Assembly: GCA_002399815.1 (NCBI GenBank) | Contig: DHEJ01000010.1 | Coordinates: 25,920 to 89,919 of the forward strand | Source of the DNA: Acholeplasmataceae bacterium UBA4853 | GTDB lineage: Bacteria > Bacillota_I > Bacilli_A > Acholeplasmatales > Acholeplasmataceae | Direction of reading: 5' to 3' | DNA length: 64,000 nt | Shown here: positions 9,627 through 18,670 of the stretch, piece by piece | How the letters are laid out: every line of letters begins with the position of its first letter | Position numbering within the stretch: the first letter of the stretch is position 1 | The notes under the pieces: generated by a model | The model's database searches: none | What the model saw: the letters and a program-made list of their open reading frames with translations, nothing else | What the model was told of the DNA's origin: nothing | Translations under genes and position numbers: made by a program

Positions 9627-10991
9627 TTGGAACAAAAGATTAAAGTTAATGATGTTATTGAACTTGATATTAAACGAATGGGGATTAACGGAGAAGGGGT
9701 TGGCTATTTTGAAAAGTTAGCCGTTTTTGTTGATAATGCATTACCTGGTGAAAAGATTAAAGTATTAGTAACAGAAGTATTTGATAATCGAGCAAATGCT
9801 ACACTTATTGATATTATTGTCCAATCCAAAGATCGTATTGCACCTTTTTGTAGTGTTTATGATGCCTGTGGTGGATGTCAAACTCAACACTTTGATTATC
9901 AAGCAATGCTTACACAAAAAAGAGAAATCTTAATTAAATCATTAGATAGATATTTAAAACGTTATGACAAGCATATCATTAAGGAAACCATTGGTATGGA
10001 TGATCCGATGCATTATCGTAATAAAGCATCACTACCACTTCGAAAACTGATGGGTAAAAATCGTTTCGGAATGTATGAACGTGGCACAAATGACTTTATT
10101 CCAATTGATGATTGTGGTGTCCAAAACTCTAAAATTAATGAAGTTCTATCAACTATTGTATCCTTAATGGATCGCTATCAAATAGATGCTTTTGATGTTA
10201 AAACAAATACTGGGTACATTTCTAATGTCGTTGTTAGAACAACACAACTGATCAATGAGGTCCAAATCGTTTTTGTGGTTCCTAAAAAAATGACATTTAT
10301 GGATGCATTTATTATGAATCTAGTGACAATTCATCCAGAAATTAAATCAATTTATTATGTTATAAATGATTTTCATAAGCAATCGTTTTTTACAGAAGAA
10401 AGTATTTTAATTTATGGGAAGCAAACCATTGAAGAAAAACTTCAAAAATTTGATTTTTCATTAAAACCTGATGTGTTCTTTCAGTTAAATATTGTTCAAG
10501 CAGATAAGTTCTATCAAATGATGGAGACACTTGCTGATTTAAAAGGTCATGAAATCATCATAGATGCATATGCTGGTATTGCACCAATTTCACATTATAT
10601 GCATAAAAAAGCGAAAAAGATATACGCTATAGAGACTAATGAAGAAGCATTTTTATCAGCTAAGAATGCTTTAGAAAAAAATCAAATTTTTAATGTCACA
10701 CTTTTAAAAGATGAGTTAAATCATGCGCTTGAAAATCTAAGTGAAACGCATATAGACTTAATGCTCTTAGATCCTACTAAGGTAGGATTAGGTATAGATA
10801 CGATAAACGCAATCAAAAAATACTTACCAAAACGGATTATCTATGGTTCTAGCAATCCTTCTACACTTGCAAAAGATTTAGTTGACTTAACTGAAGTCTA
10901 TGATATTGTAAGTATCATTCCTTTTGATATGTTTCCTTATACGAGTTTGGTTGAGAGTATCACATTGCTTGAATTAAAAACAGTTTTGTAA
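9627..10991 (+). CDS. rlmD: 23S rRNA m5U methyltransferase RlmD/RumA-family paralog 1; catalytic Cys replaced by Ser
   Basis: TRAM domain, Fe-S motif CSVYDACGGC...C and FFQLN are present, but DPTK and YGSSNP replace DPPR and SCNP. Extended -10 TGGTATAAT at 9595. Confidence 0.85.
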   Translation: MEQKIKVNDVIELDIKRMGINGEGVGYFEKLAVFVDNALPGEKIKVLVTEVFDNRANATLIDIIVQSKDRIAPFCSVYDACGGCQTQHFDYQAMLTQKREILIKSLDRYLKRYDKHIIKETIGMDDPMHYRNKASLPLRKLMGKNRFGMYERGTNDFIPIDDCGVQNSKINEVLSTIVSLMDRYQIDAFDVKTNTGYISNVVVRTTQLINEVQIVFVVPKKMTFMDAFIMNLVTIHPEIKSIYYVINDFHKQSFFTEESILIYGKQTIEEKLQKFDFSLKPDVFFQLNIVQADKFYQMMETLADLKGHEIIIDAYAGIAPISHYMHKKAKKIYAIETNEEAFLSAKNALEKNQIFNVTLLKDELNHALENLSETHIDLMLLDPTKVGLGIDTINAIKKYLPKRIIYGSSNPSTLAKDLVDLTEVYDIVSIIPFDMFPYTSLVESITLLELKTVL

Positions 10992-11189
10992 GCTGTCAAA
11001 GCTATGTAGCAAAATGACAAAAAATAAGGTATATTGTATTAAATGAAGACTAAAATTTTCATTAAATGGTTGGAGATTTACGAAGGCATCAAGAGATCAT
11101 AGAAGATCTGTGAAATATCAAAGAGTTGAATTGAAACCTTCATTTATAAAGTACCATCTACGCAACAAACATATTATTTAATATAGTAT

Positions 11190-11219
11190 AATATATGGTG
11201 TGGAAACACACCATATATT
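11190..11219 (+). promoter_or_regulatory. Perfect 13-bp hairpin with GAAA tetraloop between the -10 box and the RBS
   Basis: AATATATGGTGTG-GAAA-CACACCATATATT. TATAAT at 11187-11192; GAGG RBS at 11227. Confidence 0.6.
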
Positions 11220-11236
11220 CTTTAAAGAGGTTATGA

Positions 11237-13540
11237 ATGATTAAGGTTAAGATCGATAAACATCAACTGAATAATAATGGAACAATATTTGAAATAAAAG
11301 ATGTTGATTTTGAAGTCAAAATGAATGCTTTTTATGCATTAGTTGGTAAGTCAGGTTCTGGAAAGACTTCTATTTTAAACTTTATTTATGGACTAGGTAA
11401 AATTCAAGAAGGCAGTCTTAAATTTAACGAATCGTTGAAACATGATGATTTTGAATATATTACTGTTGATAATAATATTTTCTATGCATTAACAGTCATT
11501 GAAAATCTAAATTTATACGAACATAATGAAGAAAGGATTAATTCAATTTTAAATAGACTGCAAATCTTAAACCTAAAACATAAAAAATGCTATGAGTTAT
11601 CTAAAGGTGAACAGCAAAGAATCGCTATAGCAAAATCTATATTAAGTTCGAAAAAAGTGATTTTGATTGATGAACCGACTGCAAATTTAAATACTGAACT
11701 TGGAGAAGTAGTATTCCAGATTTTTAATGAAATTAGCAAGAATAAAACTATCATTGTAGCAACTCATGAAAAGAAATATGCACAAACTTATGCAGACAAA
11801 GTGATTGAATTAGAAAACGGAAGACTTGTATCAGATAAAGATATAAATCCAGTTAAGAGAGTTCTTGATTATGACCAACCATCTAACCAAAATGGTTTTA
11901 AGAATTTTCTACTGATCTTAAAACTATACTTTATTAAATTGTTTAAAAAACCAATAACTTTCATATTTAGTTTTGTATTCATACTCTTAACATTTCTGAG
12001 CATATTTGTTTATGATGCAATCACCAAGATTGATGAAGAAAGTTCACTGATTAACTCATTTGAAAATTTACCATATGAATATTATAAAGTACATCTTGGC
12101 GATTTAAACGGTTCTCTAGAGGAGTCATTTTTACAAATATTTCAATTTAGAACACTACAGAGTATTAATACAAGTGTTACTTTTGATAGCCAAGATACAT
12201 TTAAAATAACAGGCAAAAGTATTGAAAACTATATAATTGACACAGATTTATATCCGAATACTCCTGATATTGAATATTACCCAATCATTGTTAATGAAAA
12301 GTTATTAGATTTAATAATGAATGAAACTGGTATCTTGATTTCGGTTGGAGATGTATTTCCTAGCGGATTTTCATCTACTTATCCAGTAGAAATTAGATTA
12401 ATTGTTGTTGATACTTTTACAGCAGAAACATTTGAAGAAGATAGTAATCTCCTATTCCCATCAGTTATTTCAAAAGATGTGTATCTAACATACATTAAAA
12501 AAACTGGTATTGAGGATTACACAATAGGAAGATCATTTGCAGATTATACTGATAAATATAACTCATATTTAGCATCATACCCTAATAAAGAACCTTATAC
12601 AGGTGTCTTTAAGCATTCAGAAAAATTAAAACTTGTTACAAGTCAAATGTTAAGCAATGAATATATGAATATGGAAGAAGTTGAAGTAACAACCGGTTAC
12701 TATTATTATGGGCAATTCCCGCAAGAAAAAAACGAAGTCATGATTTCTGATGTTTACTTATTTAACTTACTCAATGAGAATGTAACAAAAGATTCTGTTG
12801 AACAAGCATATCTCGATTCTAATGTCTTTAAGGTTGAAGATGTTTTAACCTATTTTAACGATAACTTTGGATTAGAAGATATTAGAATTGTGGGATTCTT
12901 TGGTTATTATGATCAAAGTGTTCAAATACACTATGGTCATATGATCATCAGTGATTTGTTATTTGATGAAATCAATGAAAGTATTGTAAGTAATAATTTA
13001 TTAACTGAAAGTGATTCCAGTAGTGTTATTTTTAATAAAAATCAACTATTAGATAATCTCGATAAAATATTTGATAAATCGTTGACTTTAGGTATTAATC
13101 ATTATGATAATTTTAATTTTGCCTACAACAATGCAATACAATTTAAAAATTTCTTATTAGTTGTTATCGTTTTTGTTTTTGTAATATCTTTTGTATTCAT
13201 GTATATATATATCAAGAATTATCAAAAAGAAACATTTAGTGATGATTTAAGATTCATCTTTATGGGAAAGAAAAAATCAGAAGTTATTTCTTATCACATC
13301 CTTGTTGTTAGCATGTTTATGATAATTCCAGCGATAATCGTAGGTATATTATCAAATAATATATTAAATGCAATTATGATCATGTTTACTGGATCTAATC
13401 AATTATTAAATCTAGTTATTACAGGTATCAGTCCAGTCGTTTCACTTCTAATACCATTTGGTGCATTCTTATTACTGATTATAATAGAAGTTTTCCTTAT
13501 GACAAAAAATAAGATGTTGGAATATATACGATATGAATAA
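11237..13540 (+). CDS. ABC ATPase-permease fusion (MacB/FtsX-like)
   Basis: GKSGSGKT, LSKGEQQR, ILIDEPT and VATHE, then one TM helix, a large extracellular region and three C-terminal TM helices. Confidence 0.8.
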   Translation: MIKVKIDKHQLNNNGTIFEIKDVDFEVKMNAFYALVGKSGSGKTSILNFIYGLGKIQEGSLKFNESLKHDDFEYITVDNNIFYALTVIENLNLYEHNEERINSILNRLQILNLKHKKCYELSKGEQQRIAIAKSILSSKKVILIDEPTANLNTELGEVVFQIFNEISKNKTIIVATHEKKYAQTYADKVIELENGRLVSDKDINPVKRVLDYDQPSNQNGFKNFLLILKLYFIKLFKKPITFIFSFVFILLTFLSIFVYDAITKIDEESSLINSFENLPYEYYKVHLGDLNGSLEESFLQIFQFRTLQSINTSVTFDSQDTFKITGKSIENYIIDTDLYPNTPDIEYYPIIVNEKLLDLIMNETGILISVGDVFPSGFSSTYPVEIRLIVVDTFTAETFEEDSNLLFPSVISKDVYLTYIKKTGIEDYTIGRSFADYTDKYNSYLASYPNKEPYTGVFKHSEKLKLVTSQMLSNEYMNMEEVEVTTGYYYYGQFPQEKNEVMISDVYLFNLLNENVTKDSVEQAYLDSNVFKVEDVLTYFNDNFGLEDIRIVGFFGYYDQSVQIHYGHMIISDLLFDEINESIVSNNLLTESDSSSVIFNKNQLLDNLDKIFDKSLTLGINHYDNFNFAYNNAIQFKNFLLVVIVFVFVISFVFMYIYIKNYQKETFSDDLRFIFMGKKKSEVISYHILVVSMFMIIPAIIVGILSNNILNAIMIMFTGSNQLLNLVITGISPVVSLLIPFGAFLLLIIIEVFLMTKNKMLEYIRYE

Positions 13541-15647
13541 AATAAGGGTGAATCATTTAAGTAAAAGATTTGATGACCAATTGATTTTCTCTGATTTCAA
13601 TTTTGATTTTGAGAAGAATACAGTTTACTTTATAAAAGGAGAATCTGGAGTAGGTAAAACTACACTCATTAATATCATTGGTTCAATTGACAAAGCTGAC
13701 AATGGAACTGTCTTTTATGATGATTTCAATGAGGTTAATCAAGATTTTATTGCCCGAAATATATCTTTTTACTTTCAAAAATCTAACACAAATCCCAATT
13801 TAACAGCACTTGATAATTTAAGAATGGTCAATGATGATATTGATTTCATTCATGAAGTTACAAAAAAATTAAATATATATCAGCTGTTAAATAAAAAAAC
13901 TCTAAGTCTATCAAAAGGCGAAAAATCTAGATTATCAATTGCTAAGATAATTATTGAGAATAAACCAATTATGTTGATTGATGAGCCGACAGCTAATACG
14001 GATGAATTAACAACTCAAATTATATTTGATACACTTAACTATTATAAAGAAGATAAAATTGTGATTATCATTACTCATGATGCGTTAACTAATGTATCAT
14101 TTGGATACGAAAAACTTACTTTTTATAAAGATCTAAACTTTAATCATGAAGAGATTATTAAACATGACAATCTAATCGAGCTACCAAAAAGGGTGGTAAA
14201 TAAGAATCACTTTATTGCACTTAAAGGTGGATTTTCTTTAATCAAAAATAATTGGATTCGATCGATTTTATTTTTTAGTTCGTTATTGTTTTTATGCCTA
14301 ATCAGTACAATGATGTTTACTATTTTTAATGTAGATCAAAATGAATTTATAGATGTGATTAAGGGTTCAGGTTTAAACTATTATGAATTAAAAGAGTTTA
14401 ATGATGAAAATAACTATTTATCAGTTAGACAATTAGTATCTACAAATGCATTAACTCAAAGTGAGGTAATTTTTGTTTCTAAAACAGACAAATTTGATTA
14501 TCAGGGTGATTTACTTGAAGTATACCCAGGTGAAGTGGTAATTCCAGAGTATATTAGTAATAAATACGGTGTTTTAGTCAATGATGTGTTATCCATCCAA
14601 GGCATTGATTTAAGAGTTTCAGCAATCTATTTAGATCATTATCAGACGTATGCTAGTTTACTAAGTCAAAAGATAAATGAAGCAATTTTATTGGATACTC
14701 TTTTCAATACTATTCCGATTTTTATGAGCATTGAAGATTTTAATCTGACACTCGAATATCAAACGATACCATCTGGTACTTTATTTAATCAACTGGTTTT
14801 AGACTTGAAAGAAGCAACAAATTTAACATTATTACCTAGTCAAATCAGATTTAATCAGGCAAATCCAACCTTGAATGAAAATGAAATAAACATAATTATT
14901 TCAAATAACTATCAATCAAATCCAAATATTGGTCAAATGATAAGTAAAACATTTGAATTAAGAGAAGTTAATGATCAATCGTTTAGTTTAAAGAAAATGA
15001 TCAATGAATTGACTGTTAAAAATGTAGAATTTAGTTCAGTGATTCAAGAAGGTATTGTAGAAATTGTTTTAAGTGAAAAAATCATAAACCAAATTATATC
15101 AGGCGTATTTGAGAGTAATTTATTACAAAATAAAAGAATAATGACAAGTACTCGAGATTTAGAAAACTATGATTTATTAAATTTCAAGAATTCAGTTGGA
15201 TTATTTGAGGATAATGAATTTACTCTTAAAGTTTTATTGAGAGAAAACATCATTTATCTTTGGATAACATATATTATCTTATACCTTGCTCTCGTAAGTT
15301 TAATGATAATTTATGGTAGTGGAATGTTAAAAAGTTTCCAGGATATGAATTGCTTATATTACTTAATGGGATATAAGAGGTTGTTTAGAACACTAATCTT
15401 TAGTATTTCAACTTACTTAAATTATGTAATAGTGTTGATAATTTACTATATTTTAACGATTAATCTGCCAATTGAAAAGTTGTTTGATGAAATGTTTGGT
15501 ATGGAAAATCCAACCTTTAAATTACAAACTGGTTCTTTAAATACTGTTTTTATCCTATCTATTACAGTTATTCTATTTATGATGGGTTTTGCATTTGTCA
15601 GATTAAAAAGAGAAAAAATATCTTATATGATGAAATCAAATAAATAG
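13533..15647 (+). CDS. Second ABC ATPase-permease fusion (MacB/FtsX-like)
   Basis: GESGVGKT, LSKGEKSR, MLIDEPT and IITHD, with the same TM layout. Overlaps the upstream gene by 8 nt. Confidence 0.8.
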   Translation: MNKIRVNHLSKRFDDQLIFSDFNFDFEKNTVYFIKGESGVGKTTLINIIGSIDKADNGTVFYDDFNEVNQDFIARNISFYFQKSNTNPNLTALDNLRMVNDDIDFIHEVTKKLNIYQLLNKKTLSLSKGEKSRLSIAKIIIENKPIMLIDEPTANTDELTTQIIFDTLNYYKEDKIVIIITHDALTNVSFGYEKLTFYKDLNFNHEEIIKHDNLIELPKRVVNKNHFIALKGGFSLIKNNWIRSILFFSSLLFLCLISTMMFTIFNVDQNEFIDVIKGSGLNYYELKEFNDENNYLSVRQLVSTNALTQSEVIFVSKTDKFDYQGDLLEVYPGEVVIPEYISNKYGVLVNDVLSIQGIDLRVSAIYLDHYQTYASLLSQKINEAILLDTLFNTIPIFMSIEDFNLTLEYQTIPSGTLFNQLVLDLKEATNLTLLPSQIRFNQANPTLNENEINIIISNNYQSNPNIGQMISKTFELREVNDQSFSLKKMINELTVKNVEFSSVIQEGIVEIVLSEKIINQIISGVFESNLLQNKRIMTSTRDLENYDLLNFKNSVGLFEDNEFTLKVLLRENIIYLWITYIILYLALVSLMIIYGSGMLKSFQDMNCLYYLMGYKRLFRTLIFSISTYLNYVIVLIIYYILTINLPIEKLFDEMFGMENPTFKLQTGSLNTVFILSITVILFMMGFAFVRLKREKISYMMKSNK

Positions 15648-15824
15648 TTATAACGATATTTAATTTGAAACATTAGAGACTGGATTTAAGTTGTTTTAAA
15701 AGATTTGACATCCTTGTGGGTAAGAATTAAGTTAATCTTTGGAATTTATGATAAAAAGACGATTTAACTTAATATTGAGGTTATAGAGTTTAAAATAAAA
15801 ATATGAATAATAAGTAGGGCTATA

Positions 15825-17042
15825 ATGAGATTTAGAAAAAGTATATTAATGTTTCTTTTTATCAACATAATGATGCTTTCAAGTTGTGTAGGTTACAGTG
15901 ATCAAGAAGTCATATTAACCACGGATTTTGTTAGTGAAATTATGATAAGTGAAAGTAAATACATGATTGTTAGTAGTTCATTAAGTAACGATGAATTCAT
16001 TTTTGAATCTAGTGATGAATCCATAGTCACAGTGAGTGAAGATGGACTAGTTTTAGGAATAAGCTTAGGAGAAGCGGTAATTACAGTGACATCTACCTCA
16101 GGTAAAGTTATAAATCATGTGATTAATGTCATACCAGTTTCCTTAGTTGAAAGTATTCGTTTCGATTTAGAAGAAAAAGATACCTATTACGCTGGTGTTA
16201 CATATAATTATCAGATTAAATATTTTCCTGAAAATGCTTTAAATAAAAATATCAGATTTTCTTTAAATGATCCGAATGTAATCATAGATGAAATTAATCA
16301 AACAGTGACGTTTATTAGAGCAGGTGCTGCTTCGATTTTTGTGTATCTAGAAGATGGATGGTTAATCCAATCTAAGGTCGATATTGATGTTATATATGAA
16401 AAGAATTCAAAGATTTATGATCTTTTATTTATTGGTAATAGTCTGACAAGATATACATATAATATTCCGATGATGGTCAAACAGATGATTGAAAATGATG
16501 GTTCAATTGTATATATAGAGCACAGTACCAGTTTTCAATATCTTGATGAGCATGCATTTAATGTTGAAAGATTGTTAAATAACAATCTATATACTCATGT
16601 TATTTTACAAGAAAAAAGTGATGGATTGATCACTGATTTTAATCGTTTTAAGCAAAGTGTCTTAAACTATAACCAACTGATAAAGACAAATGGCGCACAA
16701 ACAGTTTTATATCAAACATGGGCTTATAATTACCCAGATGATTTATTGAAAGAAGCCATGCATGAAACAATTTCAGAAGGATATAAGGCTGTTTCTTTAG
16801 AAACCCAATCTTTAATTTCTTTAGTAGGTGATGCATTCATGGAAGTCATGTTAAGTCATCCAGAGATTAACCTATATGCTGATTTAAATCATCCAAGTAT
16901 ATATGGTGCTTATTTATCAGCCTTAGTACACTATAAGACGATTACTGGAAATGATGCTTCAAATGCTAAATATAAACCAATTGAAATATCAATAGAAATA
17001 GAAATGATACTAAAAAATGTTGTGGATAAGGTAATTATCTAG
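15825..17042 (+). CDS. Lipoprotein with Ig-like (Big_2-type) domain(s) and a C-terminal SGNH/GDSL hydrolase
   Basis: Lipobox LSSC. FESSDESIVTVSEDGLVLGISLGEAVITVT is an Ig group-2 pattern. FIGNSLT and DLNHP are SGNH blocks I and V. Confidence 0.75.
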   Translation: MRFRKSILMFLFINIMMLSSCVGYSDQEVILTTDFVSEIMISESKYMIVSSSLSNDEFIFESSDESIVTVSEDGLVLGISLGEAVITVTSTSGKVINHVINVIPVSLVESIRFDLEEKDTYYAGVTYNYQIKYFPENALNKNIRFSLNDPNVIIDEINQTVTFIRAGAASIFVYLEDGWLIQSKVDIDVIYEKNSKIYDLLFIGNSLTRYTYNIPMMVKQMIENDGSIVYIEHSTSFQYLDEHAFNVERLLNNNLYTHVILQEKSDGLITDFNRFKQSVLNYNQLIKTNGAQTVLYQTWAYNYPDDLLKEAMHETISEGYKAVSLETQSLISLVGDAFMEVMLSHPEINLYADLNHPSIYGAYLSALVHYKTITGNDASNAKYKPIEISIEIEMILKNVVDKVII

Positions 17043-17170
17043 TCAATAATGAATTTTTTAACCTAATTTAATTATAATTTATGTTATCGATAGTGAATTT
17101 AGGATAATCATGTGTTTTTAATAAGATTAAGCCCTTAATGCACGTGGTTCTATGATATTTATATGAATTA

Positions 17171-17244
17171 TGGTATACTTTTATGCGGTTATTAATTTCA
17201 ACATTTAAAAAAAGGTGTTTGATGTTTTTAGTCATGCACCTTTT
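17171..17244 (+). promoter_or_regulatory. Extended -10 promoter and leader hairpin of the DEAD-box helicase
   Basis: TGGTATACT at 17171-17179. AAAAGGTG (17210-17217) pairs with CACCTTTT (17237-17244), upstream of ATG 17275. Confidence 0.5.
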
Positions 17245-17274
17245 ATATTAAATAAACAAGAAAGAGAAATAATA

Positions 17275-18654
17275 ATGACATTTGAATCACTAGGTATCAT
17301 CGAAAGAATCATAAAATCAGTAGTCTTAGCAGGTTATAAGGAACCAACTCCAATTCAAGTTGATGCAATCCCTGTTTTGTTAGCAAAAAAAGACTTACTA
17401 GGCAGTGCACAAACAGGAACTGGAAAGACAGCTGCTTTTGCTATTCCCATTTTACAAAATCTATTTGAAAATAGGGATTTTACAAAAGTAAGACAAATTG
17501 AAGCTTTAGTTTTAACACCAACTAGAGAACTTGCTACTCAAATTGCAGAAAACTTTACAATGTATTCTAAATACTTAAATATTAAGAATACAACAGTTTT
17601 TGGTGGTGTATCACAAAAAAGACAAGAAGAAGCACTAAGAAAAGGTGTAGATGTTTTAATTGCAACACCAGGTCGTTTACAAGACTTAATGAATCAAGGT
17701 ATAATATCCTTACAACATGTAAAATATCTTGTTTTAGATGAAGCAGATCAAATGCTAGATATGGGTTTTATTAAAGATGTTAAAAACATTTTAAAAGAGA
17801 TTCCAAATGATAGACAAACCATGCTTTTTTCAGCTACAATGCCTAAATCAATAGAATTACTAGCTAAAGAGATTTTAAAAGATCCAGTAAGAATTGCAAT
17901 TACACCAGTTACTAAAACATTAGATTTAATTAACCAAACTGTTTATCATGTAGTGAAAAAACAAAAAACTAAATTATTAGTCCATTTAATTCAAGAAATG
18001 AACATGACTTCAGTGTTAGTCTTTACTCGCACTAAACAAAATGCTAACAGGGTAGTTAAAGAATTAGCATTAGAAAATGTAGTTGCAGAACCTATTCATG
18101 GTAATAAATCACAACAAGCACGTGAACGCGCTTTAAGTAATCTTAAGAGTGGTAAAACTAAAATACTAGTAGCTACTGATATAGCTGCTAGAGGTATTGA
18201 TATTGAAGCACTTGATTTTGTCTTTAATTATGATTTACCTCAGGTACCTGAAACTTATATCCACCGTATTGGTAGAACTGGACGTGCCGGACTTAGTGGT
18301 AAAGCAATAGCATTTTGTGATCCTGCAGAAATGAAGTTACTTCAAGATATAGAAAAACATATTCAAACTAAAATTCAAGTGATATCTCATAACTTTGTAA
18401 CTCAAGAAGTGAAAACACTAGAACAAGTAACGGATAAAAAGACATCAAAAAAATCAAGTAAAGAATCTAGTAAAGGTGATTCTAAATATCCTGATTATTT
18501 AAAGTTTAGAAATTATAAGAAAAAAGATGATAAAAAACGTGAAGGTAAGGATTCTAAAAAGGATTCTAAAAAAACGGTAGGAAAACCAGAAGTTAGTAGT
18601 TTTGCTAAGTATCAAAAAAAGAAAAATCCTTATTATCAATTAAAAAGTAAATAA
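17275..18654 (+). CDS. DEAD-box RNA helicase (RhlE/CshA-like) with a basic C-terminal tail
   Basis: Q motif PTPIQ, AQTGTGKT, PTRELA, TPGR, DEAD, SAT, ARGID and HRIGRTGRAG. Confidence 0.95.
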   Translation: MTFESLGIIERIIKSVVLAGYKEPTPIQVDAIPVLLAKKDLLGSAQTGTGKTAAFAIPILQNLFENRDFTKVRQIEALVLTPTRELATQIAENFTMYSKYLNIKNTTVFGGVSQKRQEEALRKGVDVLIATPGRLQDLMNQGIISLQHVKYLVLDEADQMLDMGFIKDVKNILKEIPNDRQTMLFSATMPKSIELLAKEILKDPVRIAITPVTKTLDLINQTVYHVVKKQKTKLLVHLIQEMNMTSVLVFTRTKQNANRVVKELALENVVAEPIHGNKSQQARERALSNLKSGKTKILVATDIAARGIDIEALDFVFNYDLPQVPETYIHRIGRTGRAGLSGKAIAFCDPAEMKLLQDIEKHIQTKIQVISHNFVTQEVKTLEQVTDKKTSKKSSKESSKGDSKYPDYLKFRNYKKKDDKKREGKDSKKDSKKTVGKPEVSSFAKYQKKKNPYYQLKSK

Positions 18655-18670
18655 GAGGGGAATAGACTAA

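Noticed and set aside
11043-11102. 19-codon ORF MKTKIFIKWLEIYEGIKRS as a peptide substrate of the ABC pair
   Set aside because: It has no convincing RBS at the right spacing and no leader-peptide motif. It could equally be a gene remnant or chance.
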